The notes under the pieces are model-generated. The model was not told the origin of the DNA and did no database searches. It saw nothing but the letters and a program-made list of their open reading frames with translations. A program made the translations under genes and the position numbers. From NCBI RefSeq assembly GCF_006345805.1, contig NC_042997.1, positions 167,958,001 to 168,022,000 on the forward strand: a stretch of 64,000 nucleotides of DNA, read 5' to 3'. The stretch is from Octopus sinensis (Eukaryota). Below are positions 48,490 through 61,449 of this stretch, in pieces; the first letter of the stretch is position 1; each line of letters begins with the position of its first letter.

Positions 48490-49376
48490 TCTGTAGACTC
48501 TGAAAACAGACATCAAAGGATATTCATCACCAAAGTTAATAATACAGAATTTCCAGAACAACTTTTGGAAATAACAGGAAAATAGAAATGAAAAATTTTA
48601 ATGAATTTAGTCAATGTTTTACTTCATAGTACTGTACAAGAGAGGAGTAATTACAATGGTTTGGAAATATGAATAGATGATATGAAAGAAATAGGTGGGT
48701 AGAAAAGTACTATTAGCTGGTTCATGATGGTAACTAAAACATATGGCTTGAAAGAACTAGGATTATTGGCTGAGAGTAATAAAATTAAAAGTAACTGGAA
48801 GATTTTAGGTAAAATTGTTTAATTCTGCTAAGGTAAACCTATATTTAGAAGTAATATCAATCTATAGTCAGGTTTAAAACCATGTCATAGATGCAGTATT
48901 TAGAGTCAGATAGGATACAAAGCAGTTGTCAGGGATTATTACACAAGTTTTACCAACCAGTCTGTTTTTGTACAACTGAAAAGCCATTGCTGAGTAGTAA
49001 CATTTAAGTTTCGATATCTTAAAAGTAGTTGGTGATTGCACAGAATCCAGTCCAGTATAATTCTTGATATTGCAGTTAGATATTTTAGTATCCGTGCATT
49101 TTATATGTGTGAACCAGGTTAGAGAGAGTTTTTAACTCAAATATCACTCTGGAGTGCTGTTGATGTGTCTAGATGTTTTATGACAGCACAAGTATTTCAA
49201 GAAGCTGTGGTGCTGGCAGTACTCACATGGAAAATGTTAATATGACAGAATTTACTTGGAAGAGTTAAAAATGGTAGTTGGAATAACATGGGCAGTGACA
49301 GAAGATAGGAAGTGTAGAGCGGTTATATATGATATGAGACACGTAGGATGGGAGAATGTTTGCATTCAAAGATTAA

Positions 49377-49588
49377 CCCTTTTGTTACCATGTTTCTGCT
49401 GAAATACAATGCCTTAGTTTCAATGTTGAAAATAATGAAACACTTAGTAAAATAAGCAATCATTATTAAGCTGGTATTTGGAGTATAAATTAAAGTGAAA
49501 TGTTGATGGGAATTTTGATTTAAATCACTTCAAAACAAAGTGTGTCAGAGAACCAGAGTTAGTCTTAAGCAGGTTGTTATGAAAAGAG
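49377..49588. mobile_element. piggyBac-type MITE (second family)
   Basis: TTAA|CCCTTTTGTTACC ... TTATGAAAAGAG|TTAA. Confidence 0.65.
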
Positions 49589-50098
49589 TTAATAAACAAG
49601 TAGGAAGCCTTTTTTTATATATATAAGCATCATGGAGAGGAAATAAGGGCCAAAACTATAAGGATCTCAAAAGATCATAGATTATCAATCATCATAACAT
49701 TCATTCTGCATTAATAATTGACAAGTAGTCAATAATATATATTCACTATCATTACTATCATACCCATCATCAATGCTAATGACAGGAAGGCTCCCAAGAC
49801 AACAAGGGAGCCTCTTTTGTGGTCACTCAACCTACTAAAAGTACTATACCTAAACACAAATAAGAAGAAAAAAAAATGTCATGGCTCAAACACCTTTCTT
49901 TGATCTGAAGTTAAAATGAACCATCAACAGGAAACCTCTATGCAGCCACTAGACCTGCTATAATTGCAACCAAATTTTTATCAAATCACACCCATCATTT
50001 TAAAGAAGAATACAATGGACAATATAATTTCTTGATATTCATATAAAAAGATATTAAGTTTAAGGCTGGAATCCTTTTAATTACTATTTACATACATT

Positions 50099-50498
50099 AG
50101 TGGAGTGGCTGTGTGGTAAGTAGCTTGTTTACCAACCACATGGTTCCGGGTTCAGTCCCACTGCGTGGCACCTTGGGCAAGTGTCTTCTAATACAGCCTC
50201 GGGCCGACCAAAGCCTTATGAGTGGATTTGGTAGACGGAAACTGAAAGAAGCCCGTCGTATATATGTATGTGTATGTGTGTGAGTTTGTGTGTCTGTGTT
50301 TGTCCCCCTAGCATTACTTGACAACCGATGCTGGTATGTTTATGTCCCCGCCACTTAGCGGTTTGGCAAAAGAGACCGATAGAATAAGTACTGGACTTAC
50401 AAAGAATAAGTCCCAGGGTCGAGTTGCTTGACTAAAGGCGGTGCTCCAGCATGGCCGCAGTCAAATGACTGAAACAAGTAAAAGAGTAAAGAGTAAAA
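50099..50498 (+). mobile_element. tRNA-derived SINE, full length, young
   Basis: Many CpGs retained; same family as the 30096 and 11362 copies. Confidence 0.9.
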
Positions 50499-52255
50499 TA
50501 GTAATATACAGGCAACAATATGTGCATGGGTGGAAGAAGTTGGTCAAGACAGGTTGGCAGGTCTAAAGAGTTTCCTTTACCTGGTCACAGTTCTTATTCA
50601 GAATTACAGCACACCTAAGTGGTTTGCCTGCCCTGTTGCTGATGGAATTCATATTTACCATTCCCTAGTTCCTTTTTGTTTGGCATGGTTGATGTTCTCA
50701 TTCAAAGTTACTGTGATCCCAGAGGGGTTACCTCTAGTGTCTCTCAGTAACTGCTTATGACAATAAAGGTAAAAGATCTAACATTATGTAGGTAGGAGAG
50801 AACATCTAGCAGCAGTCAGGGGACAGGTTAACTCCATGCCTTAGATAGGGTAGGGTTTATTTACTGATGGAACTAATGGCTACTGGACAAGTATAGAGTT
50901 TAGTACACCTTTTAGGCATAATAGGTAAGAGAGTCAGTTGTTTATATGCCTCCTTACATCTCAATTTTCTTCCCAATTAGCTAAAAGTTAAACTCTTTAA
51001 CAAAGAGGTAGACAGATTAAATCAGAGAGGAGTCTGCTTGAACCAAAACAAGTGAAAAGGCTGTGTGGCATATCACATACTATGAGATTAATTCACAAGA
51101 TTAGCCCAGATTATCAACCACCTACAACTTTACACTTACATAAAAAAACAATTAGTTGATAATCATCTTACAGAGATCAACTTTAACTCTGAGTATATGT
51201 AAGTGCCATAAAATAACTGATATACTCAAAGTTTAGGCAATATTAACACCTCATTTAAAAATAAATAAATATAATCATGAAGGTGACAAAAAGTTAAATT
51301 CCATAAGCTTTATAAACCTATATGTAGTCATTCAAGCTGCTAGAAATAGCAGTAAAAATCTTCATTAAATCACACATTGCCGTCTTCAAAGCTGCTCTGG
51401 ATTTTAAACATGAATTGAGGAAATATGCTATTGTTATGCATTCTTTAGAGACATAATTACGATTTCTTTTTTCATGGGAGCAGGTTATGTACACAGGGTC
51501 CTACCCCATATGAAACGTTTTCAAACCTACTTTGGTTCACATCTACCATGAATCTATACAACATTCATTCATATATTTTGTTATGTTATCTAAAAAGTGA
51601 AAATAAAGCACGAAAAACTGGTAAGTGAAGAAACGGGAAATAGGAACCAACGAAAGAGCATCTACGAAATAGCTCGAGATAGTAGAAACAGCAGCCAAAT
51701 CCCCCTAAATCATACTCTACTTTCTTAATTTGACAATGAAGTCTGAAACACAATATTTGGTGGGTGGTGGAAAAAGAGGGTTAGCAACAGCATATTTTTA
51801 TATCACTATTGTCATATTTTAGGCATAAAGCCAAAGGAAATCATGCTATATCGAAATGGAAATGAAACCAACATTACAACTCTTACAAACTGACAAGAAT
51901 ATAAGTAAATATATATGTTGTATCAACAGGAGATAATCTATCCGACGAGTCTGTCAGTCGCTAAATTACCAATAACATTTTGTTCCAATATGTATCGTAT
52001 ACACCAATATAAATATACAGGTGTGGAATGTATTATAGTTTACGAATCATTTTTGCTCGCCGGCCGTAGTCTTTCACTCATGTCATTAATGCCTTTGAGA
52101 AGACAAACATCATAACTATTGTTTTCTCGTTGTGTATCATTTATCAATAGATATTGTCAGTTTGAAAAATAATGAGAGGGTAAGAGTAAGCTGACATGTA
52201 AAAACGTCAAATTAATCAGAGAGAATAGAAAATAAATTAGCCAGCAACCTATCAC

Positions 52256-53711
52256 CTTTCTTAAAGTGCGTCCTTCACCAAATGCATACTAAAGTTCACA
52301 TGCCGTGAGATGTGAGCTCAGAAGCATATACAAACAACAATATGCATCCAAATTCCTTTATATGAGAGGAGTCTGGATGGGGGTGCTTTTATTTCCGTAA
52401 CATGTTTCCGGTTCTGCATGTGGATACGGGTAGATGAGCGCACTTTACAGGTATTCGGGTGGTCATGGTTGACCGCTGCGGCTTCGTCTGCTGCATGTAA
52501 ACGACTGCCGTAGGTGGGGGCTGCCGCTTATCATCTGAACCATATAAATAACTAGCGCCAAATGGAATTATTGATATTAAAAGAAAATGGTAATTTTATA
52601 TCTATAGCAATTTCAAAAAGCAGAAAATATTTCCAATTTTGTCACGACTTCCTACAAATGGAAATAGAAGGCCACACTATTTCATTTCAAAGAAAATACA
52701 CATACTTCACTGTAAATAACCAAAAAATAAGTTATAGATAGATACACACACGCATGTAAAACGTCAGAAATTTTTTCCATTCTACGCGGTAATTAAAAAA
52801 AATACACACTACAGATATAAGAAAGATGGGTATTTTTCTTTTTCCTAGTTTAACAACGTTAATTTCAATAAATTCACATTTCAAATGCATATAATATAAA
52901 GTAAAAGACTTGCTGTGAGTAAACTTACATATAATTCTCAGCATGAAGATGTATATTATTCGTCGAGGTTAAACTTTCGCTTTACATCATTTCGCTGCTA
53001 TTTGTATTTATTTCCCTTCAGTTTATACTTCCGTTTAATGTCAGAATTTCCTCCCTTGAACTTTTTTCTTCTCCTTATTTAATAAATACTTTCATACTTA
53101 TCTTCTCTTTCTGTTTTATTACATTACAGCACCCCAACTTCTTTCTTACATCATCTTTAATTTATCATCCACGTTTTTTTTTTTTTTTATAAATTATCAA
53201 CCGGTGTCATATTAAAATTGTGTTTCTCATATTCATTTTCCTTTCAATTTCCCTCTTTTCCCCCTTATTCTGTCTTTATAAAGAATTAATTCTGCTTTTG
53301 GTTTTTCTCTCCTTCTTAAATATGAACTTTTCCTCTCTTACTTCCATATACGACTTTCTATTAACTCTGCTGTTTTAGTCAACTTTCAATTACCTCCCCT
53401 TAGTTCAATCTCTCTAATTTCTCCCTCACACTCTCTCTTTTACTCACTGTGTCTTTCTCTCTTCCTTTTTCGGTGTCGTTTACTTTCACACTCTTTCCCT
53501 GTCTTTTACTTTCTTGATCCCACTTCGTTAAATATACGTCCCTGTCTTTTAGTCTATTTGTTATAAACGTTTAATTTTAGCTGAATTCTTTTCCTCTAAA
53601 TTCTAACCGTGAAACATACAGAATTTTCATATCAATGGAGGCATCTAGTGCTTTTTATTATTAAATAGAATCGAATATTTCTCGACTTCACCCACGTGTA
53701 TAGGCTCCAGT
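52256..53711. promoter_or_regulatory. Candidate divergent promoter and 5' UTR region shared by MOV10L1 and TSR2
   Basis: Local CpG enrichment at about 52400-52560 and TATAAATA at 52543-52550. Candidate MOV10L1 non-coding exon donor AAG|GTGATA at 52256 (-), with a strong acceptor at 48562. Candidate TSR2 non-coding exon donor CT|GTGAGT at 52915, followed by a long pyrimidine-rich tract and acceptors at 53703/53710. Transcription start sites cannot be seen from sequence. Confidence 0.45.
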
Positions 53712-56700
53712 ATGTCAGAATCTGTTACTACAGAGCTATTCCAGACAGCAGTTGATAAACTTCTGAATAGTTGGACAGTATTACAGGTAAATGTTTCTTA
53801 CTTCTTCCTTAATATATATTTTAAAATTATTTGATTCCTCGCCACTGTCACAGATACAGGAACGATACTTTTAGTTGTGTACAAACGACAATTGCTCATC
53901 TGAAACATCGCTGCCCATATCAATTAATCAAAACTTCAGGTGTGATGATAACACCAAATCCTTTAGTTGTCGTCCACATTCATAGCCTAAGCTCTAACTA
54001 AAATATGTTAGTAATGATAGTAAAACATAAAGCAATAAAAGTTTATATACGCGGTCCTTCTGAAACTAAGACGTTGTCTTGGTCATTCGTAGACCCGTTA
54101 TAGAACATGCTGGTTGAGTATGGATCCCATATAAAAAGGCGAGAAATATCAATAATTTGGAATTGTTACAAAGAAAGGTTTTCGGATGAGTCTCAAACTT
54201 GTCAAGATTCATTCGTTAGTTTCCACGTGCGTGACAGCACATACAGAAAGGTTGATATTTGGCAACACAAACGAATGACTGGTGGGTGGCCAGAGAAATT
54301 AATTGGCCATAGGTTTAGACGACATTCTGCTCGTTACATCAAGGTCCGAAGTAGTCACTGAATAGTTCCCCCATTTAGCCCATGTTTAGCTCCAGCTCAG
54401 TTCCGATCGAAAAACCATATGATCAATGACATTCCGTCCATAAATATCTCGTCTATTTGTGATCAATGCAACGATTCTCACTCGTTAACGAAAACAAAAA
54501 AAGAAAAACAGCCTGCTAGGTGTTACCAACTGTGTAGGAAACGAATATGAAAAAAAATTGCGCAAAGAACATAGATTTTTTTTTTCTACTCTTAAAAGAG
54601 AGAAGACAGGGGTTGTCTGTTGGAAGGCGACAGAAATGGGAATCTGATCAATAGATATATATGCTAGAAGTACTGCTAAAAGTTGAGGTTTAGCAAACAT
54701 CAAGAGAGAGTATCATCCACTAAATAAGTGTTACACTTTGTGAAGGAGTAGATTTCTTAATTTTGACGTTTAAGTCTTTACTACAAATCCAATGAGGTTT
54801 AGGAAATTATGAGAAGTGGATGGCAGTTTTAGTGTGTGCTCAAGGAGAATATAAATGAGGTAGGAGCAAGTGTCTAAGTTTTAGAACACAGTGGTAGATG
54901 ATGTGATAAGAGACATAAGAAAGTTGATGGAAGTGTTCAAGTTGTTGGATAGGAGTTCGTGTTTAAAGTGGGAATTATTAATGAGACAGGTAAAGCAAGG
55001 AAACAGTAAAACTGGCCAGAAAAGCAGTTTAGAGTGAAGATGGAAGTTGTTAGACCTGGTCAGCCCTGTTCAAGCTGACCTATGATTAAAGATATCAGTC
55101 ACTGGCACATGTGAAGGTAAAAGGATGATCTGGGTTTTTATAGATTTGTGAATTTAAGGAGAGATAGTGGCAATTCAGTGCACTTCATATTCACAATTAT
55201 TTCTCTAGCTTCAATCCATTACCTCTTCCAAACTTGCATATACCAATACATACTGATTCTGTTAACACACGATATTTTTTCTCCCTCTAATTATATGCCT
55301 TTGTGTGTGTATACACACATATATTTATATATAACTGAAATCTTTGAGTTACCGTATTTGACGGCATATTAGACGCACTTTCATTTCAGCAGGTCAAATT
55401 CAGGAAAAAAAGTTTTAAGTGTATTTAAGCATATATTGTTGAAAGCAGTCTAGCAGCACATTACAAAAGCAGAAAACATTGCTGTATAAAAGCAAGCATA
55501 CAAAAGGAAAGCATACAAATTACAATAGTAATCATCTTTAATCATCTTTTTAACCAGAAAACTCTTCATCATCTTCTACACCAGAAAAGTCTTCATCATC
55601 TTCTACACCAGAAAAGTCTTCATCATCTTCAAAACAAGGAACATCTTCATCACTACTGCTGAAATCACTGTCTTCAAATAATGCATCATCTTCTGAAAAT
55701 ATCATTAAGGCGTTAGTGTAGGTAGAAATACTTAACGTAAGCTAGGTTAGTGAGCGTCTGGGAGAAGATTAGCCTACGGGAGAGTCTTGACTTCGCATAT
55801 TAGACGCAGGGCGATTTTTTGAGCCAAATTTTTTGGAAAAAAGTGCGTCCTATATGCTGTCAAATACGGTAAGTTCATGTGTGGTGATTACTCCCCTATA
55901 TTTCCCATCTTTTTTCTTACATCCATTAACTTCATTCATTCCCTTTTCATTTCTCTTCACTGTACACAAGCTTATCTTACTTTTACCAAACCTCATGAAA
56001 TTTACTTGTGGAAACTAACAAGATTTGTATCTTCTCCAGCTTGCTGTAATGCATGGATTTGGAGGATGTCAAAGTAAAGAGAAAGCTGCATGGTTGTCTT
56101 ATGCCATTGATACCTGGTTTAAGGAAAACAGTAAGTTGTTTACCAAACACTTTTGAGCATTATATAGTGTGTTGCTTATTTTATATTGGTGGAACATGGA
56201 TTATACAAATGAGTTAAGTATGGTGTGTTTTTGTGAGGAATTCTGAGCACATGGCCTAGTGGTTAGAGCAGCGGACTCGCGGTCGAGGGATTGCGAGTTC
56301 GAATCTCAGACCGAGCGATGTGTGTGTTTATGAGCGAAACACCTAAGCTCCATGCGGCTCCGGCAGAAGGTAATGGCGAAACTTCTACTGACTCTTTCGC
56401 CACAGCTTTCACTCTTTCCTCCTGCATCTTGCAGCTCACCTGCAATGAACCGGCATCCCATCCAGGTGGGGAACCTATATGCTGGGAAACCGGCCCTTAT
56501 GAGCCAAGCATGGCTCGAGAAGGAACATACAAAAATTCTGAGTTATGAAAGTGGTTAAGCATCAAGTGGATAGATGGGTGAAAAAAGATTGTTAATCATG
56601 TAAAAATCATGCAGTAGAGGTAAAGTATGAAAGACCTGAAAATACTGGCCTCACATAAGGCAAGATACAAACAGAGATGGTGTGGTGTTGTATCGCAGAT

Positions 56701-59700
56701 ACTAGTGATACTTACTAGCATGGAAGAGTGAACAGTTAAGTTTTGGTGGCTACATTTATTTTTCTTAAAATGGCAAACTGGCAAAATCATTACTGCACCA
56801 GACAAAATGTTTAGCTGCATTTCTTTTAACTTTATGTTCTGAGTTGACTTTGCTTTTCATCCTTTCAGAGTCTCTAAAGTAAGTACTAGTTGATTACTGG
56901 ATCAATGTAATCAACTTATCCCTTTCCCTGAAATAGCTGGCCTTGTGCCAAAATTTGAAACCAATATATATATTTTTTTTTTTGGCACCAAAGAGCCATG
57001 CTAACCAAAATCCATGGACAGTTGCTTCTGTTATAGAGGTGTTGTTTCTTATTTTGTTTTCATGGTTATAAAATTGCCAAAATTACATCTGAAAGGCTTG
57101 AACTTCTTCAGGGCCTGAAAATATTACCCTGAACTGTAATTCACATACCTGGAACAATGCATTTGCAAGCTACATTATATACCATTTCCAAAAATGGATT
57201 ATTACAGTGATTGGCAACTACTAACATACACATATTGTGTACTATCTGTTGCTCCCACATGTCATCCTTATTGTCTCGCTCTTCAAACTTTGTAATAAAT
57301 ACTTTAACTTATCCCATCAGAACTGCAAATCCTCTGTATTGGGCTCACTAGTAAGAGAACACCTTCGTTGCTGCTACTTACAAGATTACAGTGGCCTTAG
57401 GGTTTATATCTTCATCTGTCCTTAAAGCACAAATATTACTAAGAAGATTTATCTAGGATACTCAACTATAGTTTCTTACTTCCAGCCTGGGGCCTAGTAT
57501 TAGTCATTTTCATTATTTGATTGCTATTTTACTTTATCACCCTTTAGAAGAATGAAAGAAAAAGCTGAACTCAGAACAAATACCACAAAACATTTTGGTT
57601 AATGGTTTGTTCTTCCACCCATCTTCATTTGAATTTTATGTTGAATTGTCTTCAATATGAACTGAAATAATAAAATGGATTATATAATAGTCCCTCATCA
57701 CTAGAGTTCTGAGTAATTATTTTAATGACTACATAATTATAGATGGAGATTTTAAGCAACAATTAATTAGTGTAATGTCCTTCTCAGAAGGCCTAAACAT
57801 CTGCACCACCATATATATCTCTGTTTATAAGCTTTGTTTTCTAATATATTTTTACTTTTAATCCTAGATCATCTTGACCCATATGAAGTTGAAGATTTCC
57901 TCACAGATGTTATGAACAAAGAATTTGACACAATAGCAGATGATGGTAGCGTTCCTTTGGTATGTTTTGGGGGAATTTTCATCATGGGTTGCATAAATCT
58001 TTTCATTTAAATAGTTAGAATATGTTTAGTTTGATAACCTTCTTAGTACTAACCATGAAGCAAGCCTCACGATGACTGACTACAGTCTCATATGCTAAAA
58101 TGGTTTAGTTGACTAGGACATCTATCAAACAAGTAAGGTGTGTCTTGGTGTCTTGAATGTGAAATTTATGATAATCTCCAGGACACATCACCTAATAAAC
58201 AGATCTTTCAGAAACAAGCAGCATACTGGAAGTTGTCAAAAGAGATCCTTGTAAAATATAGTTCAATGTAGTCACCTACTCACCAACTTGTTCTTAAGTC
58301 ACAAGAAATTATGAATGGCTGTTAAAATATACAGCTAACTGAACAACAGAGTGTTGATAGATGAATAGGTGATTGTTTAGTCTCCAACTGAATGGTTTCA
58401 CTATCATCATATGTCTATTTTCTCATGCTGGCATATGTGGAACAAGTCAATGTATCACCACTTCATCATCTGGCATATGTGGCAAGAGAAAAACCTTTTT
58501 TTTTCCTTACTTGCTTTGCCTGGCAAAGGAGGTTGCACTTTTTGCCTTCCTGTGAAACTGTTGCCATTAATGTCCTTGAAACTTTGTAAAGCAATGTCTA
58601 TAGGAGAAGGCAAAGAATTCCAGAGAACTGTTATTTCCACGATGAACAGGATGTAGTGATTGGTGCGGGACTTGAGGGTGTTGGACACAATTTGGGTAAC
58701 AAAAAAGCTAGAGATGAGGGAGTGGGGATGGAATGAAGAATGCCCAAGTTGGCTGGCATGAGCCCAGCTGTCATCAAGGAGCAAAGACCATCATAGTTGC
58801 AGGAGAATTGACAAAAACAGTGTACTGGTGGGCCAGGGGTTGGGGCATGGATGAGTAACTTAATGTAGTTGAGTGGCCCTTTTCTGGTTATCTGCACGTA
58901 CAGCAGCAGCGCTATCATGAATGTGAGAGCAATACTCCATTACTACTTGTGTTATATGTTTGCTGGATGCCCTTCATATCACCAGTTTCCTTACAGGATG
59001 GACTGGACACATTTTATTGTGCCACTAGCATTAGAGGAAGAGTTTGCAGCAGGACTAAAGAAGCCCCTTAAATCCTGGGTCTTATGTAGTTTACATCCCT
59101 ACTTTTTGGTTTTATGCTAGATGTGTTCTATTTACTTTGAGACATATTTTCATTTTGAAATAGAAATGGAATGTAGTTTCCAACTGAATAAATTGTATGA
59201 ATTAACATTCCAATAAATTTTCTTCTACAATCTAATACTTTAACCACTATATATATTCTCCTTACTTAGTATCCCCCATCAACTAATGACTTGCATTCCA
59301 TTCTTTATGAACCCCTATATCTAGATGGCAGCTGAGATTTGTACCATTTACAAACTCTGTCAAAACAACAATGTGGAAGAGGTTAACAAACGGATTGAGA
59401 GGTTACCAAAAGCAAATATTCAGAAATCTGTGCGTGCTGATAGTGATGAAGAAGAAATTGGGGTCTGTAATTCTTTTTACCTTTGTATTTTAATTCAGTT
59501 ATATATTTATTCATACTATCAGAGCAACACTTCTAAATGTAATGTAAGAATTGCCTTTAAAAAAAAAATGGTTTTCTTTAATCACTTGTATATATCTAGA
59601 CAAAGGCTTCAGTAGTGCTTCATTGACTATATCACTTCAATAGATTGATAGGTCTGCAGTAACTAACTCCAAGCTAACTATAACCATGTTGTTAAATTAT

Positions 59701-61449
59701 TACCAAACCTTTTTTGCTTTAGTAAAGCAGCCTTATTTTCTTAAACATTATACAAGCTGCAACCTTTAAATTTAATTACTGCAGTTGCTCTTTGGACATC
59801 ACCTATGCACTATACAGTTGTTTTTTTTTGTTTTTTTGAATAATCTTTTCTAATACATTCTCATTACTTCCATACTATCTTAATTGTCCATGTTCAATTT
59901 TCATTTAACATCTACTGAAATTCAGTTCCTTCCAATTTTAAACTGAAATGGCTCAAGTTGCTTACTCAGCAAATATGAGTAATATTTTCTGTTGATTATT
60001 ATTTCATAGAGAGGCTGTCCATGATTTATATTAGAAGTGTTGATGACTAAGTTATTAGGATACTTGACAAGCAGCCAAGGAATCGGTAGTTGAACAATCT
60101 GCTATGGCTGTCTCTGCTTTGCTGCAGATGTGAACTGCAGAGTAAAAATACTTAGTCATTCAGCTTAGGTGTGTAGATTCTACCCAGCAGATTTGCTTTT
60201 GATAAGCTACGTCAAGACTAAGGCTTCAGCTGTACTTCATTGACTTAACCCTTTAGCATTTAAACTAGCCAGATCCAGCCAAAATATGTTACCTGTTTTA
60301 TGTTCAAACCAACCAGATCCAGCCTCTCACACTTACCCTTCAATGTCATTCTAAATATATACAACCACATCAAAGTAATGCTTGAGTAATTAAATACAAT
60401 GTGAATGAAAAAACATTACATTTGACAATAATCTGAATACTAAAGGGTTAAATCATTTCGATAGATTTGATAGGTCTGCAGCTAACTATAACCAAGCTGT
60501 GGCTGTATGCATACCGTATGTGACTGAGGTGAGTTTTATGGCTGCATGTGCTGACTCAAATTTGTGGAGAAAATTATTATTTGAAAGTGTGAAACAAACA
60601 CTTTGATAACCATTTATAATAAGCTCCACTTCGATTGTCCATAAGGAATAAATATTTCTCATCTTCTCTCCCCTTAAATTGATTCTTATAAAAGGAGTTA
60701 ATCTAATGGAATAGATGAGAAATAGGGTTTTTCTACCTGAAACCAATGTTATATTTATATCCTCCAAAAATACAATCCTGAAAACATTTGCACCTCCAAA
60801 CCAGGATTGTACTTAATTATTATAGTTGTCTTAAAACAAAATTTCAAGGGTTTTTTTTCTTTTTTTGTTCATGAATTTATCAGATTTTTTTTGTGTTTTA
60901 CAGACTGAGAGTGATTGTTTACCAAATGGAAATAATTCCATGGATTCTACAGCTAAAGATACTGATGTTACAATGGATGAAATAAATACAACTGCTCCCT
61001 CAGGTAAATGAACGTTTGAATTTGCCTACTATATCATATCATTTATAGGCGGCAAGCTGGCAGTAACGTTAGCACGCTGGGCGAAATGTGTAGCCGTATT
61101 TCGTCTGCCATTACATTCTGAGTTCAAATTCCGCCAAGGTCGACTTTGCCTTTTATCCTTTCGGGGTCGATAAATAACGTACCAGTTCGCACTTTGTCTG
61201 TCCTTGTTTGTCCCCTCTATGTTTAGCCCCTTGTGGACAATAAAGAAATATATATCATATCATTTATGTTAAGTTTGGTCATTATTACATAATTGCTATA
61301 CACCCTATATAAGCAGTTAACTTTTCCCTTGAAATAGATTAAAAATATTTCCTTAAAATTGTTCTTAATTTATTCCAGAAGACCAAGTCATGGATGCTGA
61401 AGAAGATGGTTGGCATGTGGTGAGAAAAAATAGACAGAAGAAGACATAG
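53712..61449 (+). CDS. TSR2: Pre-rRNA-processing protein TSR2 homolog (188 aa)
   Basis: Exons 53712-53786, 56040-56130, 57868-57959, 59325-59462, 60904-61003, 61379-61449 (TAG); 567 nt, in phase. Peptide has LNSWTVLQLAVMHGFGG..SKEKAAWL, EVEDFLTDVMNKEFDTIADDGS, an acidic linker and C-terminal EEDGWHVVRK, matching the WGG-domain TSR2 family. Confidence 0.93.
54040..54360 (+). mobile_element. CR1-like LINE ORF2 remnant
   Basis: Frame from 54091 reads RPVIEHAG*VWIPYKKARNINNLELLQRKV, resembling the CR1 RP.LEY...VW.PY.K..I..LE.VQRR motif. Confidence 0.6.
55352..55869 (-). mobile_element. pogo/Tigger-family internal-deletion derivative
   Basis: TIRs CCGTATTTGACGGCATATTAGACGCACTT / AAGTGCGTCCTATATGCTGTCAAATACGG with TA TSDs (55350-55351, 55870-55871). 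Retains a transposase-like acidic C-terminus at 55705-55550 (-). Confidence 0.85.
56248..56533 (+). mobile_element. Young tRNA-derived SINE with about 9-bp TSD
   Basis: Close copy of 32149-32435; AATTCTGAG at 56239-56247 and 56534-56542. Confidence 0.88.
58560..58900 (-). mobile_element. CR1/L2-group LINE ORF2 3' remnant
   Basis: ORF 58455-58784 contains SRTNHY...LWNSLP...LQSFK, the typical end of CR1/L2 ORF2. Confidence 0.6.
60249..60447 (-). mobile_element. piggyBac-type MITE
   Basis: TTAA|CCCTTTAGCATTTAA ... CTGAATACTAAAGGG|TTAA; reverse orientation of the 14180 family. Confidence 0.85.
61047..61250 (+). mobile_element. tRNA-derived SINE
   Basis: GGCGGCAAGCTGGCAG head, GAGTTCAAATTCC B box, GTCGACTTTGCCTTT core. 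Older copies at about 56835-56960 and 62864-63055. Confidence 0.85.

Noticed and set aside
52256-52551. Coding first exon or separate small gene (frames such as DDKRQPPPTAVVYMQQ...)
   Set aside because: No frame gives an ATG-initiated ORF that runs to the 52256 donor, and no family is recognisable; treated as possible 5' UTR.
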